This document shows positions 50,842 to 59,759 of a DNA stretch of 64,000 nt, in pieces. The stretch is taken from the NCBI GenBank assembly GCA_035691305.1, contig DASSJF010000038.1, positions 3,312-67,311 of the forward strand, given 5' to 3'. This DNA is from a bacterium (GTDB taxonomy: Bacteria > Sysuimicrobiota > Sysuimicrobiia > Sysuimicrobiales > Segetimicrobiaceae). The notes below the pieces were generated by a model that was given only the letters and a program-made list of their open reading frames with translations, did not search any database and was not told the DNA's origin. The translations under genes were made by a program, and so were the position numbers. The number at the start of each line of letters is the position of its first letter. The first letter of the stretch is position 1.

Positions 50842-50889
50842 AAAAACAAAAACCGCGGGATGCCATCTAAGGACGGGGCTTCCCGCGGT
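50842..50889 (-). terminator. T-box leader intrinsic terminator
   Basis: RNA reads ACCGCGGGA-(20 nt)-UCCCGCGGU followed by UUUUUGUUUUU. The 5' arm overlaps the T-box sequence, as expected for terminator/antiterminator switching. Confidence 0.8.
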
Positions 50890-51123
50890 ACCACCTTAGT
50901 TCCATCCGGCCGGAGGCGGCTCGAACGGCACTCTGCCCGGTTACGGCGGGGGCCGGCGGATGCTACTCGGCTGTCGCCCTTGCGGGGACTGGCCGGCGGG
51001 ATACGGCCGGCGTCGCCTTTGGTTCCGCAGCTCGGAGGTGAGCGGTCACGGTTCCGGATGCTGGCTCACACCTGACCCAGCTCTCTCGGAATCCGGGCTA
51101 CCGCGGCCCGGCCTCCTCATCGC
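50842..51123 (-). promoter_or_regulatory. T-box riboswitch leader of the ilvBNC-leuA-cimA-leuB operon, probable Leu (CUC) specifier
   Basis: Stem I base GCGAUGAGG...CCUCCGAGC (K-turn), distal AGAGAG...GGUGUGAG, and the T-box AACUAAGGUGGUACCGCGGGA (50901..50881). CUC-A (51042..51039) sits directly 5' of the helix closing onto the K-turn. Confidence 0.85.
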
Positions 51124-51246
51124 CTGTATGCGAGAACTTGTCAAGTGACTCTATCAAACCACCGGTACCCTGTCAAGGAACCGGCCTGGCTCCGCCGAAC
51201 GTGCCCTCCCACCGGGCCGCCGACCGGCCCGGCCGGGGGTCGGCGC

Positions 51247-53586
51247 ATGGCCCGCGCGCACCACGTGGTTCCCAACAACCTGTCCGCCTCATTAACGAGT
51301 TTTGTCGGCCGCGAGCGCGAGATCAGTGAAGTGCGGCGGCTCCTCTCCGGCACGCGCCTCCTTACCCTAACCGGAGCAGGAGGATGCGGCAAGTCACGAC
51401 TGGCCTATGAGGTCGCACGGACTCAGCTCGAGGACTTTCGCGACGGCGTATGGCTCGTCGAATTGGCCGGCCTTTCCGAAGCGGCCCTGGTCCCCCATGC
51501 AGCGGCGTCGGCGCTCGGGGTGACCGAGCGCGTCACCCAGGCGGTTACGGATGTGATCGCCCGGGCGCTTCGAGACAAATTGCTGCTGCTGGTTCTCGAC
51601 AATTGCGAACATGTGTTGAGTGCGTGTACCGACCTCTCGGCGGCGTTGCTGCGAGAATGTTCCCGGCTGCGCATCCTCGCCACGAGCCGCGAGCCGGTCG
51701 GGGTACCGGGTGAAACCGTTTGGCGCGTACCCTCGCTCGCGGTTCCGGACCCGCTTCACTTGCCGTCTGCGGATGACCTCATACGGTTCGAGGCGGTGCG
51801 GCTCTTCGTGGAGCGCGCCGCGGCGGTTCGGCCCGGCTTCGGTGTCATGGACGACAACGCCCGCGCGCTCGCGCAGATCTGTCATCGTTTGGACGGGATT
51901 CCGTTGGCGATCGAACTAGCGGCTGCGCGGGTGCGGGCACTCTCGGCTGAGCAGATCGCGGCCCGCCTCGACGATCGGTTCAGTCTGCTGACGAGCGGCA
52001 GCCGGACGGCGCTTCCGAGGCACCGTACCCTGCGCGCCGCGATGGACTGGAGCTACGACCTTCTGACCGAGCGGGAACGGGCGCTGCTCGGCCGGCTGTC
52101 GGTGTTCGCCGGCGGATGGACGCTCGAGGCCGCTGAGGCGGTGTGCGCCGACGACGGGATCCAGCCGGCGGAGATCCTGGATCTGTTGGCCTCTCTGGTC
52201 GATAAATCGCTTGTGCTCGCGGACATCCAAAGCGGCGCGGCGCGTTACGCCCTGCTTGAAACGGTACGGCAGTATGCCGGCGAACGCTTGGACGATACGG
52301 ACTCCGCGGAACCCATCCGGCGACGCCACCGCGATTGGTGTCTCACGACGGCCGAGCAGGGCAGCGTGGAGCTGGACGGAGCGCAGCACACGGCATGGCT
52401 GGACCGCAGCGACGCCGAGTACGACAACATGCGGGCCGCCCTCGAATGGAGCCGTGGGCGCGCCGCAGAAGTGGAGCGCGGTTTGCAGCTGGCGGTGCAC
52501 CTCCAGCGCTACTGGGAGCTGCGCGCCTATTACGCCGAAGCGCGGGCGTGGCTGGAGAGCATGATCGCGGCCGGGGAGAGCGCGACGCCGCGGGTGCGGG
52601 CCCGGGCCCTCAATACCGCCGGCATCCTGGCCTATCGTCAGGGGGACTATGCGCGCACCACGACCCTCTGCTCGACCGCCCTGTCGCTTGCGAAGCAGCA
52701 CGACGACGCATATGCAGCCGCCCAGTCCCTTCATTTCCTTGCGCACGTTCGTCAGAGCGCCGGCGATTACGATGAAGCGGCTCGGATGATGCAACGCAGC
52801 GTGGCGCTGTATGAAGAGGTCCACCATCGCGGCGGGTTGGCCAACTCCATCGACTGCCTCGGCGAGATCGCGCGCAGCAGGGGGGAGTACGACCACGCCG
52901 AGGTTTTGACGCGGCGTGCGATGGCGCTCTACGACGAAATCGGCGACCACCGCGGTCATGCGCATCTCCTCCACAACCTCGGGCACATCAGGCTCCATCA
53001 GGGCAGGATCACCGAGGCGCGCGACCTTCTGCGTGAAAGCCTGTTGAGCGCGAAGAACCTGAGGAGTCCTCGAGACGTTATCATGGCCGTTGCCGGGCTC
53101 GCGGCGGTGTCGCGAGACGCGCAGGCCGGACGATCGGCGCGGCTCACAGGCGCGGTGAGCAGCCTACTCGACGCCGCCGGCCTCTACCTCGAGCCGGCAG
53201 AACGTGCGGAGTTCGAGGAGACGACGGCATCGCTACGCGCCCGCCTCGGGGATCACGCCTTCACCGCCGCGCGCGACGCCGGACGGGCCATGACCGCCGA
53301 CGAAGCCGTCGCGGAAGCGTTCGCCATGTCCGCGACGCCGGTCGGGCGGAGCGAGAGCGCCCGCCGGCGAGATGTCTCCGGGCTCCCGCTGAGCGCCCGC
53401 GAGCGCGAAGTCGCGGCGCTTGTTGCCCGAGGCCTGCCCAACCGACAGATCGCATCGCGCCTCGTGATCGCCGAACGCACCGCCGAAGGCCACGTGCAGA
53501 GCATCCTCAATAAGCTGGGCTTCAGCTCACGCGCCCAGATCGCCGCGTGGGCGGTTGAGCACGGGCTCCGGATCCCGTCGGGCTGA
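51247..53586 (+). CDS. large ATP-binding LuxR-family regulator (AAA/NB-ARC-like STAND ATPase + TPR + LuxR HTH)
   Basis: ATG 51247. FVGREREI...LLTLTGAGGCGKSRLA (Walker A), LLVLDNCEH (Walker B), TPR-like repeats, C-terminal LSAREREVAALVARGLPNRQIASRLVIAERTAEGHVQSILNKLG. Confidence 0.85.
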   Translation: MARAHHVVPNNLSASLTSFVGREREISEVRRLLSGTRLLTLTGAGGCGKSRLAYEVARTQLEDFRDGVWLVELAGLSEAALVPHAAASALGVTERVTQAVTDVIARALRDKLLLLVLDNCEHVLSACTDLSAALLRECSRLRILATSREPVGVPGETVWRVPSLAVPDPLHLPSADDLIRFEAVRLFVERAAAVRPGFGVMDDNARALAQICHRLDGIPLAIELAAARVRALSAEQIAARLDDRFSLLTSGSRTALPRHRTLRAAMDWSYDLLTERERALLGRLSVFAGGWTLEAAEAVCADDGIQPAEILDLLASLVDKSLVLADIQSGAARYALLETVRQYAGERLDDTDSAEPIRRRHRDWCLTTAEQGSVELDGAQHTAWLDRSDAEYDNMRAALEWSRGRAAEVERGLQLAVHLQRYWELRAYYAEARAWLESMIAAGESATPRVRARALNTAGILAYRQGDYARTTTLCSTALSLAKQHDDAYAAAQSLHFLAHVRQSAGDYDEAARMMQRSVALYEEVHHRGGLANSIDCLGEIARSRGEYDHAEVLTRRAMALYDEIGDHRGHAHLLHNLGHIRLHQGRITEARDLLRESLLSAKNLRSPRDVIMAVAGLAAVSRDAQAGRSARLTGAVSSLLDAAGLYLEPAERAEFEETTASLRARLGDHAFTAARDAGRAMTADEAVAEAFAMSATPVGRSESARRRDVSGLPLSAREREVAALVARGLPNRQIASRLVIAERTAEGHVQSILNKLGFSSRAQIAAWAVEHGLRIPSG

Positions 53587-53875
53587 CCGCCGCAGACCTC
53601 CGGACGGTACCCGCGCGCAAAGGACAGGTACCGGCACGACCTCAAACAGGTATTTCTCCCGGTGACCTAACCCCCGGCGCCGCGCTATCCTGAACCCGCC
53701 CCAACGAGGCAATCCGCGACGCGGAGGGAGGGGATTGACGCCGGGCGGCCGAGCGCCCACCGTGCAAGGGCCGGGGCTCGGCGGCCGCGAACCGTCGATG
53801 ACCGGCCGAAAGCAGGAACGCCGGTTCGTCCAGATTTCCTGTACGATAGACATCAAGCATACGGAGGTGCTGAAG

Positions 53876-54535
53876 ATGACGCTTCGGCTTGGCGATACGG
53901 CCCCCGATTTCGAGGCCGAGACGACTGAGGGCCGGATTCGGTTTCACGACTGGATCGGCGGCGGGTGGGCGGTGCTGTTCTCCCACCCGAAGGACTTTAC
54001 GCCGGTCTGCACCACCGAACTCGGTTACATGGCCAAGATCAAGCCGGAATTCGACCGGCGCAACACCAAGATCATCGGACTCAGCGTCGATCCCGTGGGC
54101 AACCACTCCAAGTGGGCCAACGATATCAGAGAGACGCAGGGGCACGCGCCGAACTATCCGATGATCGGGGACACCGAGCTCAAGGTCTCTAAACTATACG
54201 AGATGCTGCCGGCCGACCTCGAAGGGTCGTGCGACGGCCGCACCGCCGCCGACAACCAGACCGTGCGCACAGTCTACGTGATCGGGCCGGACAAGAAGAT
54301 CAAGCTGACGATCGCGTACCCGATGAGCACCGGCCGGAACTTCGACGAGGTACTGCGGGTGATCGATTCGCTCCAGCTCACGGCGAAGCACAAAGTTTCG
54401 ACGCCGGTCAATTGGAAACGCGGCGACGACGTGATCATCTCCGGATCCGTCTCGGACGACGAGGCCAAGAAGACCTATCCCAACGGTTGGAAGGCGCCGC
54501 GACCCTACATCCGGATCGTCCCGCAGCCCGAATGA
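53876..54535 (+). CDS. peroxiredoxin, 1-Cys (Prx6) type
   Basis: Trimmed to ATG 53876 (GGAGG SD). MTLRLGDTAPDFEAETTEG...WAVLFSHPKDFTPVCTTEL... Confidence 0.95.
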   Translation: MTLRLGDTAPDFEAETTEGRIRFHDWIGGGWAVLFSHPKDFTPVCTTELGYMAKIKPEFDRRNTKIIGLSVDPVGNHSKWANDIRETQGHAPNYPMIGDTELKVSKLYEMLPADLEGSCDGRTAADNQTVRTVYVIGPDKKIKLTIAYPMSTGRNFDEVLRVIDSLQLTAKHKVSTPVNWKRGDDVIISGSVSDDEAKKTYPNGWKAPRPYIRIVPQPE

Positions 54536-55965
54536 TCCTCAAACAGTATTATCTCGGCTGCCTCGCGCACGCGTCCTACCTCGTGGCCGACGAGGAAAGC
54601 CGCGCCGCGGCGGTGATCGATCCGCAGCGAGATATCGATCAATATCTCGAGGACGCCGGGCGGCTTGGGCTCGCGATCCGGCACGTCGTGCTGACGCACT
54701 TCCACGCCGACTTTCTTGCCGGGCACCTCGAGCTGCGGGACCGGACCGGCGCCGCGATCTATCTGGGCCGGCGGGCCAAGGCCGAATACACCTTCACGCC
54801 GCTCGGCGACGGCGACACCGTCTCGCTTGGGGGGGCGCGCCTCTCGGCGCTCGAGACGCCCGGGCACTCGCCCGAATCGATCTGCCTCCTTGTGTTCGAC
54901 CTCAAGAAGGACGCCGTGCGGCCGCAGGCGGTGCTGACGGGCGACACGCTGTTCATCGGCGAGGTCGGGCGGCCGGACCTGCGCGCCGCGCTCGGCTGGT
55001 CGGCGGAGGAGCTCGCCGGCATGCTCTACGACTCGCTGCACACGAAGCTTCTCCCGCTGCCGGACGACACGCTCGTATACCCGACACACGGCGCCGGCTC
55101 GCTCTGCGGCCGCAATATCAGCAAGGACACCGTCTCAACCATCGGCACGCAGCGTCGATACAACTACGCGCTGCAGCCAATGAACCGGGAAGACTTCATC
55201 AAGATCATCACCGCCGATCAGCCCGATGCGCCCGCGTATTTCACCTACGACGCCGTCCTCAACACGAAGGAACGGCCGATTCTGGACCAATCGCTGTCGC
55301 GGGGGCTCCGGCCGCTGACGCTGGGCTCGCTGTTGACACTCTGCGGCGAGGGCGGCCAGCTGCTCGACGCCCGCGAGCCGACCGATTACTGGGGCGCCCA
55401 CCTCTCCGACAGCATCAACATCCCGCTCGGCGGGCAGTACGCGACCTGGGCCGGCACTCTGCTCGACCGCCAGCGCCCGATCGCGATCGTCGCGCCGCGG
55501 GAACGGGAGCGGGAGGCGGCGATACGCCTCGGGCGGATCGGGTTCGACCACGTCGCCGGCTATCTCGAGAACGGCATGGAGGCCGTCGCGGCGCGGGATG
55601 ATCTCGTCCGCACCCGGCCCCGGATGACGGCACAGGCCCTGGCCGAGTTGTTGGCCTCTCCGACCCCACCCGTCGTCCTCGACGTGCGCGCGGACGCGGA
55701 GCGGAGACAAGGCCGCATCGCCGGCAGCATGCACATCCCGCTCCAGCATCTCCTGGAGCGGCTGGACGAGGTGCCGCTCGGTCCGCGCACCGTCGTCGTC
55801 CACTGTGCGAGCGCCTACCGCTCCTCGATCGCCGCCAGCATCTTGGAGCAGCACGGGGTTCAGGAAGTCGCTGACCTCGCCGGCGGCTTCACCGCGTGGA
55901 TCGCCTCGGGCCTTCCCACGGTCTCCGGCGACGCACCCGCGGAGTCGCAGCCGTCTCCGAGCTAG
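54532..55965 (+). CDS. MBL-fold persulfide dioxygenase-like hydrolase fused to two rhodanese domains
   Basis: ATG 54532 (ATGA overlap with the prx stop). THFHADFLAGH metal motif. The first rhodanese domain lacks the Cys; the second has the active loop HCASAYRS. Confidence 0.85.
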   Translation: MILKQYYLGCLAHASYLVADEESRAAAVIDPQRDIDQYLEDAGRLGLAIRHVVLTHFHADFLAGHLELRDRTGAAIYLGRRAKAEYTFTPLGDGDTVSLGGARLSALETPGHSPESICLLVFDLKKDAVRPQAVLTGDTLFIGEVGRPDLRAALGWSAEELAGMLYDSLHTKLLPLPDDTLVYPTHGAGSLCGRNISKDTVSTIGTQRRYNYALQPMNREDFIKIITADQPDAPAYFTYDAVLNTKERPILDQSLSRGLRPLTLGSLLTLCGEGGQLLDAREPTDYWGAHLSDSINIPLGGQYATWAGTLLDRQRPIAIVAPREREREAAIRLGRIGFDHVAGYLENGMEAVAARDDLVRTRPRMTAQALAELLASPTPPVVLDVRADAERRQGRIAGSMHIPLQHLLERLDEVPLGPRTVVVHCASAYRSSIAASILEQHGVQEVADLAGGFTAWIASGLPTVSGDAPAESQPSPS

Positions 55966-55978
55966 ACGCCATACCCTG

Positions 55979-56722
55979 ATGAAGGGCTGGCGCCGGGACC
56001 CCGAGCATGCGGAGGTTCGCGTCCTGCGGCGCCGGGTGCGGCTCGATGACGCGCGCGTCCTGGACGTGGGGTGCGGCGACGGACGGCTGACGCGCCGCGT
56101 CGCCGGCGCGGCGCGGACCGTCGTAGGCATCGACCCAAACGGCGCGGCCCTCGACCGAGCCCGCGCGCTGACTCCCCGACGGTTGAGCCGAAAGATTGAA
56201 TACCGCCTGGGGACGGCCGAGCATCCGGGGATCTCACGCCGCCGCTTCGATGTCGCGATCTTTTCCGGATCGTTGTGATGAGTGCCCCGCGAGGGCATGG
56301 TTCATGCCCTGACGGCTGCCCGGCGCCTGCTCCGGCCGCACGGCATGCTGGTCGATCTGCGCAGCGATCGGTTCGCGCACGTCCGGGCGCGGCACGACCA
56401 AGTCTACTGCCTGGCGGGTAGACGGCGCTTCCACGCGGGTCCGCTGAAGATCAACCGGCCTCTCGCGGATTTCCGCGCCGCCGACCGGGCGATCAGGGAA
56501 GTCGTGCGCCGCGGCTTATTCCGGCACACGGCCTCCGACTTCTTCGAAATCCGCTCCTACGCCGCCGGCCCCGCGGAGCTAGAGCGATACGCGATCACGA
56601 ATCCGTATGCGACCGTGGATGCGACGACGCTCCGGCGGCTGCGCAACCTGCTTCGGCGCCACCCCGGCGCCCGAATTCTCGTGGTCACCCTATCGCGGTT
56701 GACCGTCTTGGAGAAAGCCTGA
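55979..56722 (+). pseudogene. class I SAM-dependent methyltransferase interrupted by tandem in-frame TGA-TGA
   Basis: ATG 55979, motif I VLDVGCGDG, motif II FDVAIFSGSL, then TGA TGA (56276..56281). The same frame continues with GTG 56282: VPREGMVHALTAARRLLRPHGMLVDL (the post-II loop of the same fold). Confidence 0.6.
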
Positions 56723-56725
56723 GGA

Positions 56726-57133
56726 CTACCGTCCGAGCATGCCGGTCATGTACGCCCGGCCGACCAAGCTCCCGAGAAAGAGGACGAGCAGCACCATCCA
56801 GCGCGACTCGCGGTAGGTCCGCTCGTTCAACGATGCGCGCAGCGCGCCGCCCGGCCTCAGCACGAACAACGCCAGCAGCGTCAGCACGATCAGCGCGTCG
56901 TACATGAGATGGTACGGCGTGCGTGGCCGCGCCCCGCCGGCGAAGAGCGCCATGCCCGCGAGCGCCATAATCGCGAGGGGCACCTGCGCCAGCCAGAGAA
57001 TCCACCAGAACAGTTGCGGCATCCGGAATCGCCCCGTCAGATCGCCGAAGAACGCGAACAGAAAGCACAGGGCGTCTCCGGCCAGTGTGAGACTCAGGAG
57101 CAACGTCGACCCGTGCCACGCGGCTATTGTCAT
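56726..57133 (-). CDS. small hypothetical membrane protein (4 predicted TM helices)
   Basis: ORF trimmed to ATG 57133. MTIAAWHGSTLLLSLTLAGDALCFLFAFF... No family recognised. Confidence 0.5.
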   Translation of the reverse strand: MTIAAWHGSTLLLSLTLAGDALCFLFAFFGDLTGRFRMPQLFWWILWLAQVPLAIMALAGMALFAGGARPRTPYHLMYDALIVLTLLALFVLRPGGALRASLNERTYRESRWMVLLVLFLGSLVGRAYMTGMLGR

Positions 57134-57204
57134 GGGCCGGTGATTCGCGCGGCGGCGACGCGCTCCTCCCCCACCTGCCGACGTGGGAGAGAGCCGCCGG
57201 AGGG

Positions 57205-57990
57205 ATGCGTGTGTGCAACGAAACCGACGCGAAGAAGGCCGTGCAGTCACAATTCGGGCGCCAGGCTGAATGGTACACGGTCAGCCGGCGTCACGAGCAG
57301 TCGCCGGGGCTCGACATCCTGAAGCGCCTCGCCGCGCCCTCTCCCGCCGACCGGGTCTTGGACGTCGCGACGGGGACCGGGTTCACGGCGTTCGCGATGG
57401 CCGAACGCTCCCGGAGCGTCGTGGCCCTCGACTTCACGGCGGGCATGGTGCGCGAGGCACGGAGCCTGCGCGACCAACGAGGCCTGACCAACGTGACATT
57501 CTGCCTCGGTGACGCAGAGGCGATGCCGTTTCGGAGCGGCGCCTTCGACCTGGTCGTGTGCCGTTACGCGTCCCACCACTTCCCCGACGCGGCCCGCGCA
57601 ATCGCCGAGATGGTTCGGGTCGCCCGGACGGGCGGCCGCGTGGTCGTCGAGGACACGTGCGCGCCCGAGGACCCGGCGCTCGACGATTTGATGAACCGCT
57701 GGGAAGTAACGCGCGACAACTCTCATGTGCGCAATATCCCGCCGAGCCGGCTGCGCGCGCTCCTCGAGGCGGCCGGGCTCGACGTCCGCGCCGCCGAGCG
57801 GACGGCGATCCCCCAGCACTTCAACGAGTGGGCGCGACGCGGCGGCATGAGCGAGGCGGGCGCCGCGGCGCTGCGGACCGAGTTCGTGAACGCGGGCCCG
57901 AAGGCCCGCGCGGAGTTTCAGATACGGCCCGAGGACGGCGACCTCGCGTTTTCGTGGGGCGAGGCCGTCGTCCTCGGGGTCAAGCGTTAA
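57205..57990 (+). CDS. class I SAM-dependent methyltransferase (UbiE/Methyltransf_11-like)
   Basis: ATG 57205 or GTG 57211 (GGAGGG upstream). VLDVATGTGFTA, FDLVVCRYASHHFPD, ARTGGRVVVED. Confidence 0.85.
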   Translation: MRVCNETDAKKAVQSQFGRQAEWYTVSRRHEQSPGLDILKRLAAPSPADRVLDVATGTGFTAFAMAERSRSVVALDFTAGMVREARSLRDQRGLTNVTFCLGDAEAMPFRSGAFDLVVCRYASHHFPDAARAIAEMVRVARTGGRVVVEDTCAPEDPALDDLMNRWEVTRDNSHVRNIPPSRLRALLEAAGLDVRAAERTAIPQHFNEWARRGGMSEAGAAALRTEFVNAGPKARAEFQIRPEDGDLAFSWGEAVVLGVKR

Positions 57991-58000
57991 TTCCATGGCG

Positions 58001-58017
58001 GCCGGCCGCGGGCCGGC
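58001..58017. terminator. GC hairpin between convergent genes
   Basis: GCCGGCC-GCG-GGCCGGC lies between the methyltransferase stop (57990) and the stop of the minus-strand gene (58039). Confidence 0.35.
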
Positions 58018-58038
58018 GGCACTGACCGCGCCGGGGCG

Positions 58039-58683
58039 TTACCGCCGCGCCGTCAGCACCATGATCGTCGTCGCGGAGAACGAGCCGTCCGCGTTGAGCG
58101 TCCCCATCGCCGCCACGTGCGCGCCCGCGGCAAGGCTGGCCACCGGCACGGCGGTCAGTTTGGAGATCCGCGCCGACGCCGGGACCGCGACCGTCGTCGC
58201 CGCGCCGGCGCTCGATGCGACGGAGAGCGACGAGCCGGTCGCGCCCGCCACCAACCCCGCCACGAAGACGCGGCCCGAGCCAGAGTCGCGGACGCCGCCG
58301 CGGCCCGGCCCCGCGGAGCCGAGACCGGCCGGCGCAGCCCGCACGGCCTCCGCGGTCAGCGAGCCGTCCGCGGACTTCTGCGCGACGACGCGAACCATAT
58401 CGCCCGCTTTGATCTCGGTGATACGGGCCGCGGCCTGCGTGAGCACCTTCGTCGCCGTCGTGGTCTTCACGGTGTACGACGTACCGTCGCGGCCCGTCAC
58501 GACCAACGAGCCGGTCGAGACCGACTGGATCGTGCCGAACACGCGACTGCCGCGGTGCTGCCCGCCCTGCGCGGGCGGTTGGGTCTGCGCGGACGCGTGC
58601 CGCTTGACGGATACGAACGTGAAGCCCGCCGCCAGAACCGCGATCAGCGCGATAACGATTGGGTAGAACCGAGCCTTCTGCAC
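58039..58683 (-). CDS. membrane-anchored/secreted protein with two DUF5666-like repeats
   Basis: GTG 58683 (GGGAGGAAGG SD). Signal anchor FYPIVIALIAVLAAGFTFV, then two GxIxSVSxGSLxV...DG..A..V type modules. Confidence 0.6.
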   Translation of the reverse strand: MQKARFYPIVIALIAVLAAGFTFVSVKRHASAQTQPPAQGGQHRGSRVFGTIQSVSTGSLVVTGRDGTSYTVKTTTATKVLTQAAARITEIKAGDMVRVVAQKSADGSLTAEAVRAAPAGLGSAGPGRGGVRDSGSGRVFVAGLVAGATGSSLSVASSAGAATTVAVPASARISKLTAVPVASLAAGAHVAAMGTLNADGSFSATTIMVLTARR

Positions 58684-58813
58684 TCCGCCTTCCTCCCGTG
58701 TTCTTGGTGTCTTCACCGGCTGTAATCGAGTCTAAATCGCAGGCGGGGGCGGAAAGGTTCCGCTACGTTTATGAAAATTTGTTCGGAGATGTGAAGGGCC
58801 GGGTCCCGATCCG

Positions 58814-59425
58814 TTAGACCCGCTCGACCAGCTGCGCCGCACCGAAGCCGGCGATAACGGCGCCCGAAAGCCGGCTCACCCAGGCAAGCACGCGGGCGCC
58901 CGCCGCCTGCCGCAGCGCGCCGACTCCGGCGCTTAGGATCAGCCACCACGCCGCGGATCCGAGGAACACGCCCGCCACCGTGAGGGCGGCGGAGCCAAAG
59001 TTCAGGCCGCCCGCCGGCGCGATTACCGCGAAGACCGCGGCGAAGCTGATGATCGTCATCGGGTTGGTGATCGTCAGGAACAACGTGGACGCGTACGCTG
59101 GGAGGAGCGCGGGACCCCGTGCGTCCGTACCCGCGGAGGCCGCGAGATCGCGCCGCGCGAGCATTGTGCGAATCCCGATCGCCAGCAGCAAGGCGCCGCC
59201 GGCGAGATGGAGCGGCCGGGCGTTCTGCACGAAGAAGCGGAACAACACAGTCAGTCCGAAGGCCGCGACGGCGCCGTACAACGCGTCTGCCGTGGCGGCC
59301 CCGAGGCCCGACACGAAACCGACCCGGCGACCAAACACGAGCGTCCGCCGGATGCACAAAACGCCGATGGGCCCGACCGGCGCCGCGATCGACAGCCCGA
59401 TGACAAATGCCTTCAAGAACAACAT
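58814..59425 (-). CDS. LysE/RhtB family amino-acid exporter
   Basis: Trimmed to ATG 59425. MLFLKAFVIGLSIAAPVGPIGVLCIRRTL... with the NPMTIISF motif. 6 TM helices. Confidence 0.85.
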   Translation of the reverse strand: MLFLKAFVIGLSIAAPVGPIGVLCIRRTLVFGRRVGFVSGLGAATADALYGAVAAFGLTVLFRFFVQNARPLHLAGGALLLAIGIRTMLARRDLAASAGTDARGPALLPAYASTLFLTITNPMTIISFAAVFAVIAPAGGLNFGSAALTVAGVFLGSAAWWLILSAGVGALRQAAGARVLAWVSRLSGAVIAGFGAAQLVERV

Positions 59426-59522
59426 ACAGGGATTATACAGGCCTGTGACCGGGATCATATCGGCGCCTGCCCGCACCGCCTATGCTCGACAGCGGACCGG
59501 GCGCATATGCCCCAAGGAGCCG

Positions 59523-59717
59523 ATGATGACGACCCCCCTCGGATCCGGACTGACATGGCAGCAGGTCCTGGCGCTGGGCCTGGTCGCCGCCTTTGTCGGC
59601 GCGGCGAGGATCCTGGACCACCTTCACCAGTCCGCCGTCGTGCCCCCGTCCGAGGCAAGATCAGGCTCTGATCCGATGCGCGCCGAGCGGCCGCGTGGTA
59701 CGCGTAGCCTGGAGTAG
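59523..59717 (+). CDS. possible small single-TM protein upstream of nirK
   Basis: AAGGAG 3-6 nt before the ATGATG at 59523. MMTTPLGSGLTWQQVLALGLVAAFVGAARIL... 64 aa. Listed only as the tail of a shadow ORF in the track. Confidence 0.35.
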   Translation: MMTTPLGSGLTWQQVLALGLVAAFVGAARILDHLHQSAVVPPSEARSGSDPMRAERPRGTRSLE

Positions 59718-59759
59718 TGTAGGTTCGCACTCCACCCTACTCCAGGGGGGGGCGTTTGT

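Noticed and set aside
51039-51049. Valine (GUG, 51049..51047) as the T-box specifier
   Set aside because: It requires an extra internal loop between the specifier loop and the K-turn. The CUC-A at 51042..51039 sits directly against the K-turn-proximal helix, as in characterised leaders. The GUG reading is kept as the less likely alternative.
51139-51144. TTGACA hexamer as the -35 box of the T-box leader promoter
   Set aside because: The matching -10 position falls on GATGAG inside the Stem I base, and no TAnnnT hexamer occurs at 16-19 nt spacing. The promoter for the leader is therefore left unassigned.
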